This document shows positions 26,549 through 41,244 of a stretch of DNA of 64,000 nt, one piece after another. The position numbers and the translations under genes were made by a program. Source of the stretch: Octopus vulgaris (Eukaryota); NCBI GenBank assembly GCA_951406725.2, contig OX597819.1:110546001-110610000 (forward strand). The letters run 5' to 3'. How positions within the stretch are numbered: the first letter of the stretch is position 1; each line of letters begins with the position of its first letter. A model generated the notes under the pieces. That model was not told the origin of the DNA and did not search any database. It saw nothing but the letters and a program-made list of their open reading frames with translations.

Positions 26549-26578
26549 ATATATATATATATAGATAGATAGATATAG

Positions 26579-26618
<40 letters not shown>

Positions 26619-27619
26619 ATAGATATAGATATAGATATGTATATATATATATATATATATATGTATATAGAAACTTAAAGTTGCATTGATCGGAAAAGGG
26701 AGGTAAATAAACGCACTGACAACAAATGAGGTAAATCAATAAAGAAAGAGAGGCTCATACTGAAGAGAGTGGGTTGCGGGGGGAGATAAATAATATGACA
26801 ATGATGTCTCCCATCGCACCCAGAATTGCCACCGCTGTCATCACCGTACAACAGTATCAGTATTAGCAATAACAGCCACCACATTATGGTTGTAACCGAT
26901 ACCAGAAGTGCCACTATCCTATCTCTGCTATGGCCACCATTAATACCACTGTCAATACCGTCACCAATCAGTAATACAACAATCGCCACCATTTGCTATT
27001 CAGTTACCACCAGCACCACCACCAGCACCACCACCACCACCACCATCACCAGCATCATCATCCCCCACTACCACCAGCACCACCACCAGTACCACCACCA
27101 CCACCACCACCACCACCACATCAGCACCACCACCACCACCAGCACCAGCACCACCACTACCACCAGCACCAGCACCAGCACCAGTACCAGCACCACCAGC
27201 ACCACCAGCACCACCACCAGCAATAGCACCAGCACCAGCACCACCACAACCACTACCACCAGCACCATTACCACGACCACGACCGCCGCCGCCGCCGCCG
27301 CCGTCACCACTACGACGACGACGACGACGACGACGACGACCACCACCACCACCACCGCCACCACTAACATTATCATTATTAATGCTACAAACGAAAGACC
27401 CTGAACTTGATGGCCTTGATATGTTAGAGATATAAGACAGATCTTCTGTTTATCGCAATCGATCGTCTTATTAAATAAAAAATCAAAAGGCACATTCAAT
27501 AATGTTGTTCTAGATACACTTTAAAAAGAAGATAGTCAAGACAGGAACACATTGAGACATTTTTTTCTGCTCGAACAAGGCTGACCTGCAACCTAACAAG
27601 AACAACAATATTTAAATTA

Positions 27620-28570
27620 GTTTCAAATTACAGCACAAGGCCAGCAATACTGGGAGAAGAAGTAAGTCAATTACATAGATCAAAGTGCTCAAACGGTTTT
27701 ATTTTATCGACCACAAAAGGATGGAAAACAAAGTCGATCCCGGAGGCATTTGAACCCGGAACGTAAAGATGGAACGTAAATACCTATTTCTTAACTACCC
27801 ACAAGGAGCTTAACACAGAGGGAACGAACAAGGACAGACAAACGAATTAAGTCGATTATATCGACCCCAGTGCGTAACTGGTACTTATTTAAACGACCCC
27901 GAAAGGATGAAAGGCAAAGTCGACCTCAGCGGAATTTGAACTCAGAACGTAGCAGCAGACGAAATACCTATTTCTTTATTACCCACAAGGGGCTAAACAC
28001 AGACGGGACGAACAAGGACAGACAAACGGATTAAGTCGATTATATCGACCCCAGTGCGTAACTGGTACTTATTTAAACGACTCCGAAAGGATGAAAGGCA
28101 AAGTAGACCTCAGCGGAATTTGAACTCAGAACGTAGCAGCAGACGAAATACCTATTTCTTTATTACCCACAAGGGGCTAAACACAGACGGGACGAACAAG
28201 GACAGACAAACGGATTAAGTCGATTATATCGACCCCAGTGCGTAACTGGTACTTATTTAAACGACTCCGAAAGGATGAAAGGCAAAGTAGACCTCAGCGG
28301 AATTTGAACTCAGAACGTAGCAGCAGACGAAATACCTATTTCTTTATTACCCACAAGGGGCTAAACACAGACGGGACGAACAAGGACAGACAAACGGATT
28401 AAGTCGATTATATCGACCCCAGTGCGTAACTGGTACTTATTTAAACGACTCCGAAAGGATGAAAGGCAAAGTAGACCTCAGCGGAATTTGAACTCAGAAC
28501 GTAGCGGCAGACGAAATACCGCTAAGCATTTCGCCCGACGTGCTATCGAATCTGCCAGGTCACCATCTTA
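27620..28570 (-). mobile_element. SINE family A with a tandem array of 184-bp body units
   Basis: Unit boundaries at 27781, 27965, 28149, 28333 and 28517; inner units appear nearly identical; head at about 28520-28570. Confidence 0.92.
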
Positions 28571-28949
28571 ACAATATCAATACTGATTGTAATATTGGTA
28601 AAAGGCCAACAATTCCTGGGAAGGGAGTAAGTTGATTACATCGACCCTAGTGCTCAGCTGGTAATAATTTTATCGACCCTAAAAAGATGAAAGGCAAAAT
28701 CGTCCCTGGCGGGATTTGAACTCAGGAGGTATAATCTAAGTAAATGCCGCTAAGCATTTTGTCCGTGGTGGTAACGATTCTGCCAGCTCGTCACCTTAAC
28801 CATACTAATATTACCACCATTAGCACAACCAATTTTATCACCATGACCACCTCCATCACTATCCAGATAACCGTGGTAATGGTCATCGTCTGCCACTACC
28901 ACGATATTCACCACCAACACGAGCAGAAGCAGTGACAGCCACCAAAAAC

Positions 28950-28950
28950 A

Positions 28951-29003
<53 letters not shown>

Positions 29004-29076
29004 CGCTACTACTACTACTACTACTACCGCTACCACTACCATCACCACCACCACCACTACCATCATCACCACCACC

Positions 29077-29129
<53 letters not shown>

Positions 29130-29292
29130 CACTACCATCATCACCCCCACCCCCACCACCACTACCACCACCACCACCACCACCACTACCACCACTACTA
29201 CTACTACTACTATTACTACTACTACCACTACTACAACTGCTGCTGCTACCACTACTACTACTGCTGCTGCTGCTGCTACCCTACTACTACTA

Positions 29293-29327
<35 letters not shown>

Positions 29328-29328
29328 A

Positions 29329-29408
<80 letters not shown>

Positions 29409-29430
29409 GCAGCAGCAGCAGCAGCAGCAG
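28950..29430. repeat. Compound trinucleotide tract (ACT/ACC/GCT)n
   Basis: Direct inspection; similar tracts at 27000-27365, 34160-34475, 38645-39120 and 40018-40170. Confidence 0.95.
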
Positions 29431-29918
29431 TATAATCACTACGAGCAATGCTAACACGACCACCGCAATCAACACGCTTAACACAACCATCTTAACCAGC
29501 ACCAAAGCCATTGCAACAATCATAAGTACCACGACCAGCACCACCACCATCCCGCCCCTCGCCGTCCCACCACCACCACCACCACCACCACCACCACTGT
29601 AATCATTGCCACTGCCATTACCGATAACACTAGCATCAACAGAAGCAATGCTATTACGATCACCAAGACCAACACACAGCTTCCCCCCAACATAATGGCG
29701 ACAATCAACACCGCCAGCGCCGATAGCGCTGCTGCCGCCACCGCCGCCGACACCCTCGTCACGACAATCTCCACCAATACCAATAACAAGCCATGTGATT
29801 TTGTAAAGGAACAAATTAGGATAAATATTTAGACTATATCATTAGTAAAGGTCACCAAATTGAGTGTCATAGAGGCATTTTATAGGTATGCCATCATAGG
29901 AGGTGTCTGTTGTGTGTG

Positions 29919-29953
<35 letters not shown>

Positions 29954-29983
29954 GTATATATACAAATATATAAACACATATAC

Positions 29984-30017
<34 letters not shown>

Positions 30018-30085
30018 TGTATATATATAGTACATATATATGTATGCATGCATACACATACACGAATATATATATATATATATAC

Positions 30086-30139
<54 letters not shown>

Positions 30140-30140
30140 G

Positions 30141-30191
<51 letters not shown>

Positions 30192-30338
30192 TATTTATAT
30201 ACGTATATGTGTGTATACACACACATGTAGACGTGGAAGCATTTTATTAGCATCATATAGAAAATGTGTTGTATATGTATTACACGTATTTATATACGAA
30301 CATACATATATATACATATATACATAGATAATACATAC

Positions 30339-30383
<45 letters not shown>

Positions 30384-30475
30384 TATACATATATATATAT
30401 ATACATATATATATATACATACACTTACACATATATAATATATCTATAATTATATATATTTATAGACGAGTATAC

Positions 30476-30508
<33 letters not shown>

Positions 30509-30603
30509 AAACGTACGTACATACATAGGCTTTCATTATATACATACATACATAAAGTGAGAGAAATTAAGAGTGAGGGAAAGACGGAGAGATGAGAGAG
30601 AGA

Positions 30604-30637
<34 letters not shown>

Positions 30638-30672
30638 GTGAAAGTGACAGTGTGTGTGAGTGTGTGTGTGTA

Positions 30673-30703
<31 letters not shown>

Positions 30704-31025
30704 CTGTACGTCTATAAACAATGTCTAAACATATAACAAAAACTGATAAAGAACTACATATGGGTGCAGAGTTTACGTATCTTATTCGAACAAAATGCAT
30801 GGTGACTGTAACTTCGAAGCAGTATTATTACCAAAAGCTAATCCTTATGTCTAATTTAATATGAATATCATGTTAGAACATCGAATTCTGCGTTATTAGC
30901 CTTCAGAGGACCCCGATATAGGCGCTTGGTGCATAAAAACACCACACATACATAATAGCATACGAGAATCGTCTGTCATGGACGCCGGAAGACCCATATC
31001 ATATGATTTCTTTCTATTATGTACG

Positions 31026-31079
<54 letters not shown>

Positions 31080-31109
31080 CACATATATATGCATATATGT
31101 ATGTGAGTA

Positions 31110-31350
31110 TAGGCGTGGCTGTGTGGTAAGAAGTTTCCTTCCCAGCCGCATGGTTCCGGTTTCAGTCCCTCTGCATGTCATCTTGGGCAAGTGTCTTCTA
31201 CAAATCCTCGGTTCGGCCTAAGAGACATGTATAGTAAGTACCAGGCTTAAAAAATAAGAACTGGGTTCGAAATATTCGACTAAAAATATAAGGTGGTGCT
31301 CCAGCATGACCGCAGTCAAATGACTGAAACAAGTTACAGAATTAAAGAAA
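31110..31350 (+). mobile_element. SINE family B, internally deleted
   Basis: Head ggcgtggctgtgtggtaag joined to tail ggtgctccagcatgaccgcagtcaaatgactgaaacaag. Confidence 0.8.
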
Positions 31351-31390
31351 AAACAAACACATATTTACACACACACACACCTATATATAA

Positions 31391-31503
<113 letters not shown>

Positions 31504-31659
31504 ATCCCTTAAACACACATCAACGTACGCATATTTGTGTATAGTTATATCTATACGTACTCATAAATCGCAGAACTGGCTTTTGTCCAGTGAATTTCAT
31601 GACAAAAAAGAGACATCTGAATCACTGAATAAAATGAATCGAATATTACTGATGATTTT

Positions 31660-32200
31660 ATAGCCTGCTCAGTTGTTTCTTTTATAATGAATTAATTTTT
31701 CTTATTTATTCGTGTTTGATTTATGGTATTGCTTATATATTGGTAAAGTGAGAAAACAGGAAATTCGGGAGATTTGGTTTATTCGCATATGTCCAAATGT
31801 TCACTGAGTGGATTTTTTCTAGTCCTGAAATCTCGTATTTGTTGTCGATGAATCGTTAATCTTATACTTAAGGTGAGTTTAGTTTGTACAGTATTATCTT
31901 TGCTGCGTCCATTGCATTTGATGACATATATTAAAGTTTTTGAAGAATAAAACGTGTTTTTCACAGTGACAACTTGATCTGATTTAAATTTACATGTGTC
32001 GTCAACAAGGTTGTCGCAATTTCTGCAATGGGAGCGACCAAACTTTGTAACTGTTAGAGTTGAGTCTGTAGTTGGTAGTTTTGTGTTGGTAAGTAGAGTT
32101 CTTAGAGATTTTTATTGTCTTTTGCATTTCATCTTTTTTGTATGCTTCACGTGCTTTTTATATTCTTGGCTCTATGTAGTTCACCAAGGAATTTCTTTCT
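31660..32200 (-). pseudogene. Penelope-like element GIY-YIG endonuclease remnant
   Basis: Minus strand reads KCKRQ*KSLRTLLT...KFGRSHCRNCDNL, then SSKTLIYVIKCNGRSKDNTVQTKLTLSIRLTIHRQQIR...PLSEHLDIC, matching the PLE pattern RQPxxL, CxxC, IYxIxC...YIGQT...RxxxH...H. Confidence 0.8.
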
Positions 32201-33539
32201 CTTATTCGCTAAACTTAAAGAGGAAAAAAAAAAACAGCACTTGATCCCTAGACGTACTACATCCATGACTTCTAGTTTAGTACACCATCACGTTCTATAA
32301 CTTTTACATCCTTTCTGATATCATGCTGCATATATCATGCCACATACAACCACAGATCACTTTTCTCAACCAGCACTCTTTGAAGCCGATGGTAGATTTC
32401 AGTAACATGAAAGACGAATAGGTCATGTTGCTGTTATGGTTATGACAATCCTCCTCCTCCTCGTTCCCCTCTTCCTCCTCGTCCTCCTCGTCCTCCTCGT
32501 CCCTCCTCCCCTCTCCTTCCTCCTCCTTCTCCTCCTTCTCCTCACCGCCCTCCTCCTCCTTATCATTATCATTATGATCATCATTATAATCATATTCACT
32601 ACCATCTGTACTATCCAGCAATCATCGCTACTACCTCTACTACAACTGTCATCATCATCATCATCATCATCAGGTCATCATCCTCATTACCATCACACCG
32701 TAAATCGTTGTCTAAGAGTTTAATTACTTTTATAGTGCAGTTTCATGTTAAGAGAAATTAACTACAGCCATTCTAGTGTTAAGCAGAAAATTTATCATTG
32801 CATTCATGAATTTGTTTTGCAAGATTCTTGATGTGAAATCATAGGTTGAAACACATACTGTTATATTTCAGGATAGTAATTTTTTTCTTCTTTTTAGTGC
32901 GTGTGTTTATTTAGCAAGACAAAGAAATGACCATCGCAAAATATAACGAAAAAACATATCCAAAATTTCAAGTTTGATATTCATGACCCGGACATTAGTT
33001 TTATGCAATAGCTTGATCGTTAAGCTTCATATTTTAAACTTCATTGGGCCTGTGTACCAGATATATTGTGCAAGTTTATGACACATTTTGCGCGCGCAAA
33101 CGTCTAGGCTGAAATTTCTAACTTCTATGAATTTAAAGCTTCCTCTCTGTTGATCTAAAATTTCTAGAGGTTGGTTTAAAATATTTCACCACCCACATTA
33201 TCGACAATGGACGGATATATGTCATCATCTCAAAAATATAGAAAAGCACTTCATCATCTAGGTTGAGGAGGTTCTGCAACTAGAGCGGCTCCAATTGACA
33301 CTTCTGTTAAGGCGAAGATTTGAACCACAGTGCTGATTGTTTATATTCATTTACCCCTGTCTGAAACGTATTTAATGTTATTGCAAACCAGGCTGAATCT
33401 TAGCTGCGTTGCGTTATATTTCACCAAGAATGCTTTGAACACTATAAAGATATATTTATATATATACATGTGTGTGTGTGTGTGTGTGTGTATACATATA
33501 TGTATATATATATACATATATATACATATATATATATAC

Positions 33540-33600
<61 letters not shown>

Positions 33601-33821
33601 CGTGTGTGTATGCATGTATGTATGCACATGACTATGCATATATATATGTATATATACATATATGTATACATATATATATATACATACATATATACATATA
33701 TCTATGTGTGAGTGTATGTGTGTGTGTTGTGTGTATATATACATATGAGTGTGCGTGCATATATATATATATATGTACATATATATATCTATATGTATGT
33801 ATTTATGTGTGTATGGGGGTG

Positions 33822-33896
<75 letters not shown>

Positions 33897-34162
33897 ATGT
33901 ACACACACATATATAATGCTTAATGGAGTATGTGTACTTGTTTGGATATCTGCAGTTATGCCCGCGCGCATGTATGCGTGCGTGTGTGTGTGTGTGTTTG
34001 CCGGTATGAGTGTTTATGCTTATGTGCACAATGTGCGCGCCTGTGTTTTCGGGTTTGTGTCAGCTCTCACATTCCCTGCTGTTCAAAATAGAGTGTCAGT
34101 ACTGCATGTGTCATGGCTGTCACCTTTGCTGAAACTAAAAAAAACCAGCAAAAACAACAACA

Positions 34163-34236
<74 letters not shown>

Positions 34237-34253
34237 TGATAATAATAATAATA

Positions 34254-34340
<87 letters not shown>

Positions 34341-34608
34341 GTAATGATGATGATGATGATGATGTTGACAACAACAACAACAAATACAACAATAGTGTCA
34401 TTAGAATGCTGTTGTTTTTTATGATAATCATCATCATTATTGTTATCATCATCATCATCATCATCATCATCGTAAGCATATTCACCCCCATCCGTCATTA
34501 GCATCAACATTATCATCATATTTCACATTACGATGAAAATGATGGCGACGGTGTTGGTGTTGTTGTACAATCACCACCAGCATCGTTATCAACATTACTG
34601 CTGGCACC

Positions 34609-34642
<34 letters not shown>

Positions 34643-34892
34643 CACACACGCACACACACACACACAGAGACACAGACACACACACACACACAAACACATA
34701 CACTCATACACACACACTTACTCACTACCATACTATCTGTAGTCAAACAGTAACCGTCCCAAACATTGCCAATACTGATAGAAGCCTTAACCTTCTTCTA
34801 TGAAGGGCAGACCCCATGAAATCTGCATTTGTTCTTGTCTGCTACTCTATTATATTGTCTGCGGATGAATAAAAGACAAAACTGATTGTCTC

Positions 34893-35273
34893 TCTTTTAC
34901 TTGTTTCAGTCATGTGACTGTGGCCATGCTGGAGCACTGCCTTTAGCCGAGCAAATCAATCACAGGACTTATTCTTTGTAAGCTTAGTACTTATTCTATC
35001 GGTCTCTTTTGGTGAACCGCTAAGTTACGGGGACGTAAACACACCAGCATCGGTTGTCAAGCGATGTTGGGGGGACAAACACACACACACACACACACAT
35101 ATATATAAATACATATATACGACTGGCTTCTTTCGGTTTCCGTCTACCAAATCCACTCACAAGCTTTGGTCGGCCCAGGCTATAATAGAAGACACTTGCC
35201 CAAGGTGCCACGCAGTAGGACTGAACCCGGAACCATGTGGTTCGTAAGCAAGCTACTTACCACACACACCCAC
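34893..35273 (-). mobile_element. SINE family B
   Basis: Full family B block order. Confidence 0.9.
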
Positions 35274-35274
35274 T

Positions 35275-35465
35275 CTGGCATAAGACCAGCAATTGCGAGG
35301 GAGTGGTAAGTCGATTATATCGACCTCAATGTTCAAGTGGTACTTATTTCATGGACCCCGAAAAGATGAAAAAAGTCGGAATTTGAATTAAGAACATGGA
35401 GACGGACAAAATGCCGCTAAACATTTTGCTCGGCGCGTTAACGTTGCTGCCAGATCACGACCTTA
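35275..35465 (-). mobile_element. SINE family A, degraded
   Basis: gtcgattatatcgacc, ccccgaaaagatgaaa and aaatgccgctaaacattttg blocks. Confidence 0.7.
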
Positions 35466-36021
35466 TTTGAGCTGAAAATATTTACGCCATAATAATTGTC
35501 AGTATTTTTCTCTTTATATTTATTGTTTGCATACCAGAGAATTTTGCCAATGCGTTACAAGACTGTTTTCTAAGAACGCGAAGTGGAGGTTTTAAAAATT
35601 CAAGTGATATGTGAGATCTTTTTTTTTTTCGGAAGGTCCCATCAGAGGCTCTCCGGCTCCGGGCCGAGCGACTGGCTGAATCTAGACATTTTACGTTTGA
35701 TTTAGCAATCAGTTAAATAACCCAAGCGTTTGAGTACTCAAAGAAGCAGCATTTGGTAGACCGACCGTCGTTTGTTGCTAGCGTTCGTGAGGGACATTGT
35801 GAACACATCCTAGTAAATTTCACCGTAAGTAAGTAAGTAAGTAAGTAAATATTTGGTTCATGAATGAGCAAGATTGTAAAGCAGCAGAACTTATAAAATA
35901 ATAAACATTATAAATCGGATAGCGTCATTAAAAGAAGTAATGTAACGACTAAATTAAAATACTCACCTGAAATAGACTCCAATTGAAATACCGGTGTATA
36001 TAATATTTATAAAGTGTTTAC

Positions 36022-36180
36022 AGGCGTAGGAGTGGGAGTGTGGTAAGCAGCTTGCTTACAAACCACATGGTTCCGGGTTCAGTCCCACTGCGTGGCACCT
36101 TGGGCAAGTGCCTCGGGCCGACCAAAGCCTTGTGAGTGGATTTGGTAGTCGGAAACTGAAAGAAGCCCGTCGTATATATG

Positions 36181-36269
<89 letters not shown>

Positions 36270-36515
36270 GTGCGTGTGTGTGCATGTGCGTGTGTGTGTG
36301 AGTTTGTGTGTGTGTGGTGTGTGTGTGTGTGGTGTGTGTGTGTATGTATGTTTGTGTACCTGCATTTGTCCTCCTAACATCGCTTAACAACCGATGCTGG
36401 TGTGTTTACGTCCCCGTAACTTAACGGTTCGGCAAAAGAGCCCGATAAAATAAGGCGGTGCTCCAGCATGGCCACAGTCAAATGACTGAAACAAGTAAAA
36501 GAGTAAAGGAGTAAA
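36022..36515 (+). mobile_element. SINE family B with expanded internal TA/TG tract
   Basis: Head ggcgtaggagtgggagtgtggtaag and tail aaatgactgaaacaagtaaaagagtaaa. Confidence 0.9.
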
Positions 36516-36528
36516 ATGTAGAACGGTA

Positions 36529-36780
36529 TTAGTTGTAATATTTTTCTCAGCGAAGCTTTTCAACGAGATTAGAGTGTTAAAAATCCAGGGCTTCGCTCAG
36601 AACACTGTGGATCGCCAGATACGGTATTTCGACCTGAATTGTTCTCCTCGTTGACAAATACATCGGACGTTCTGAAGTAACTTGAAATACTTATGCCCAT
36701 ATAGAAATCAGCAAACAAAATATTTACAGATATATACGACTTACAAAGAAACTTCATATTTTTCGCCACGGTGGTAAAAT
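36529..36780 (-). mobile_element. Solo copy of the ~320-bp hammerhead repeat seen at 2186-2835
   Basis: Reverse complement shares tatttgtca, gt.tctggcgat, tctgagcgaagc.ctg.attttaac and aaaatattaca.cta; motif at 36612-36657. Confidence 0.7.
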
Positions 36781-37832
36781 ATAAAAGAAGCAATGAACTT
36801 ATTTTGACCGGCAAATAGGGGCCCATGAACTTCAGCACGGACTCTTTCGATGCATAATGATCAGCAATTGACTTGAAAGACTCATAAATAACTGATTGAA
36901 TAGTGAATATATTTAAGCAATTCGTATTATTTATTCCCAGTGTGCTGGTATATACAGATGGGCGATGGAGCAAAACCGAGGTTCACATATTTGCAATATG
37001 TTACATGTGGAACATAAACATAGTCTACATACACATACACGTTCATACTCATACACATACACGCACCCATATACATACGCACATATATACATATATGTAT
37101 GTGGGGTTAGAGTGTAAGAATAACGAGGCATACATATAAATAAAAGTATATAAACACGAATCTACATACATACATACATACGCGCACATACACACGTACA
37201 TGTACTCACACGTACACGCACACACACGTATGCACTCGTATATACTGTACTGCTCACGCAGATACACACTCTTGTATAACACCGATAATATAATTCTTAC
37301 AATTTTGCTGAGAATCCTATTGAACTTGGCCAAATTTTATGTGCAACGCGAGTATAGGGGAAATAAAATTGCCTCCATTTATTGTTTGCATTTTTTAAAA
37401 GCATTAGTCTCATTTCTTCCAGTTTCCAAACATTCACCAAGAATTATAAGCAAAACAACAACAAAGTTACCTTTACACACACACACACACACACACACAC
37501 TCATACACAAAGAAACTTTGATTGCATCAATCCCATTGTGTGCCAACAAAACAAAGGATGTTTAAGTTTGTTGCCGTTTTTTGTGACCCCTATTTGTGCT
37601 CATGTTTACATTGCCATTGTGTCTGTTTATTGGCAAAATAATAGACGGAATATAAAAAAGGCAGAGGGAGAAAGAATATAATAACAACAGAATCAAGGAG
37701 GAAACAGAGATGAGAGAAAAAAGAATACCGTCAATAACGGGAAGTACCTTGAATGAGCGCGGAACATTTGGTATCAAATGTCCACCTTTTTTCGTATTTA
37801 CGGTCCAGTTTTTATTGTACAAAATTTAACAG

Positions 37833-37945
37833 CGCCATTTTGTTTCGTTTTTTCACCGCCATTTTCTTTTTTTCGGCGCCATTTTGATTTTTTCTACCAA
37901 ATTCGGAGAAAGATGAGAAATCGTTGATCCTAATTTGAAAATGGC
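37833..37945. promoter_or_regulatory. Cluster of YY1/Pho-type motifs
   Basis: CGCCATTTT at 37833, 37857 and 37877, plus AAAATGGC at 37938. Confidence 0.4.
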
Positions 37946-38672
37946 AGATAAATTATAAGATGACTTTTTAGGCAGTGACGATATGCTACGAAGGTAAAAA
38001 AGTAAGAACAAGAAAAGTTTTAAAGCTGCTTAAAATTTGCTCTTTAATATTTTCATCTACAACGAAAAATACAAATACCACAATAAAATAAAACAAAAAC
38101 AAAAATACAAATATAATGATAAAATATAAATGTACTAATAAAAGCAAACAAAACAACTAGAAAATGGATAATAATAAAGATAAAATTAGTAAAATAAATA
38201 GAATAATGAAGAAGTAAATGATTTTGATGTCTTGGTTCATAAAATAATAAAACAACAAAATAAAGCAAATATAATAAAATTTGAATAAGAATTGAAAATA
38301 AAATAAATAAAGAAATAAAGAAAACAAAGAACCTGATAGAACGAACGATGCTCTTTCTTGTTTTAAATACAGAATCCATGTTGATGCAGCGTGCATGCAG
38401 ATACAAACATACATGCATACATAGATACGTACATGCGTGAATACATACATACGTAGATACGTACATATCTTTGAAAACGTTAACAACATAATGCTAATGA
38501 TAATCAAAATTATGAAGACGACAATGACGACGATGGTGATAATGATGATGATGATGATGGTGGTGGGGATGAAGATGATGACGATGATGATTATGATGGT
38601 AAGATATTTATGAAGATGATACATAAGAGAGCAAAGTCCATCAAATTACTACAACTACCATCACCACCACCT

Positions 38673-38712
<40 letters not shown>

Positions 38713-39073
38713 CACTACTACTGCAACAACTACTACTACTGCTACTACTACTACCACTACAACTACCACCACCACCATCACCACCACCACTACTACTACA
38801 ACAACTACTACTACAACTACTACTACTACTACTACAACTACTACTACTACTACAACCACCGCCACCACCACCACCACCATCACTACTACCTCTACTACTA
38901 CTACTGCTACTACTACTACTGCTACAACTACCACCACCACCACCACCACCACCACTACTACTACTACTATTACTACTACTGCTACAACCAACACCACCAC
39001 CACCACCACCACCACCACCACCACCACCACCACCACCACCACCACCACCACCACAACAACAACAACAACAACT

Positions 39074-39108
<35 letters not shown>

Positions 39109-39546
39109 AATAATAATAATGATTTCTCTATTAGTTGCAGGAGCTCAAAGAGGTACAGAAAATATTAATGATGCTTTCTTTTATGGAAATTAATAAACAA
39201 ATAAAAGAATTAAGATGTTGGATGTCATTTAAAATATGACACCCAACATCTTAATTGATGAATGAATAGATGGAACGAAGGAGAAGTAGAAGAAAGGAAG
39301 GGAGAAGAAGAAGAAGAAGGAAAGACGTGAGCAAAGAAAGAAAAAGATACAAAATAAAAATGAAAGTGCTATATACACCCCCTGCGTTCCCTACACACAC
39401 ACACACACAAAAATCATAAGCGTTAAAAAATAATGACAAATAACAAATACATAAACACATACAAAAACATGCAACTACAACAAGAATAACAATTAAATAA
39501 CAAAGAATCTAAGCTATAACGATGATAATTGTATAAGCGTGTGTCA

Positions 39547-39580
<34 letters not shown>

Positions 39581-40017
39581 GTATATATATATATATATAT
39601 ATTATATATTACTCTATATGTGTATGCAGCTTTCTCCGTGTGTACGTGTTTGTGTGTATACGTGCAAAGGTGAAAGAAAACAATAGCATTTCCGCCATTT
39701 TAGTTTTCATAACGTTCTGCTTTTTTTGTTTCTTGTATTTTTTGTTTGTTTGTCTTTTATCTTTTATTACCCCTGCACCCTTCCGCTGCATGGTGCTCTA
39801 CCATGTAATGACACAAGGGCTGCATACAAACAAAAGTCCGACCCACTTTTCGCTTTCTTGTTTGTGTATTTTCTTATTTGATATATTAAAAGAGAAAGTT
39901 ATTTTATTTCGCTGTTTTTGTTGCAACTATTTTCTTATTTTATTTTTATTTTTATTATTTACCTTTTAGCTTATTATTATAATCATTTTTATATTATTTT
40001 ATCTCTAAAATATTTGC

Positions 40018-40114
<97 letters not shown>

Positions 40115-40438
40115 GTTATTATTATTGTTATTGTTATTGTAATTGTTATTGTTATTGTTGTTGTTGCTGTTGTTAGCTTTTATCCCACCTCTGTAGGTTC
40201 AGTGACATTTAGCATGTCAAAGACGCCGTCGGAAGCACACGTTGTTTTAATTAAGGGAACATGCCGCCCCCTACATCACTCTTACACATGGCCTCCCCCT
40301 TTTGTATGAGACGGGAGTTGAGTAGCAGAGTTCTTGGTTTGATAATTGTTGTTGTTCTTCTTGTTGCTTGGTGCTTCATTAAAAATGATTTCGAGATATT
40401 GAGGAAGGTGAAGAGAGAGATGGAGAAAGAGAGAAAGC

Positions 40439-40493
<55 letters not shown>

Positions 40494-40689
40494 GTAGAGA
40501 GACAAACACTAGGAGTGATAGAGTAACAAAGAGAGAAGAAGGAGCTGTGAGCTCCAAGCCACTTATTCAACAACAATAACAAACCGAAAATAGTCAATTT
40601 CATTTGAACTTAATACATGCTCCATCTCAACTGGCTCTGTTTGCAGACCATTCGGTTTCATTAATACATCTTAACCATTATATGCCCCT

Positions 40690-40756
<67 letters not shown>

Positions 40757-40761
40757 ATATA

Positions 40762-41142
40762 TTCTTTTACTCTTTTACTTGTTTCAGTCATTTGACTGTG
40801 GCCATGCTGGAGCACCGCCTTTAGTCGAGCAAATCGATCCCAGGACTTATTTTTGTAAGCCTAATACTTATCCTATCGATCACTTTTGCAGAACCGCTAC
40901 GTTACGGGGACGTAAACACACCAGCATCGGTTGTCAAGCGATACTGGAGGGGGGACACAGGCATACAAACACACACATATATAAATACATATATACGACA
41001 GTTTCCGTCTACCAATTCCACTCACAAGGCTTTGGTCGGCCCGAGGTTATAGTAGAAGACACTTGCCAAGGTACCACGCAGTGGGACTGAAACTGGAACC
41101 ATGTGGTGTGTACGCAAGCTACTTACCACACAGCTAATCCTA
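40762..41142 (-). mobile_element. SINE family B
   Basis: Family B block order with small deletions. Confidence 0.88.
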
Positions 41143-41147
41143 CACCA

Positions 41148-41240
<93 letters not shown>

Positions 41241-41244
<4 letters not shown>

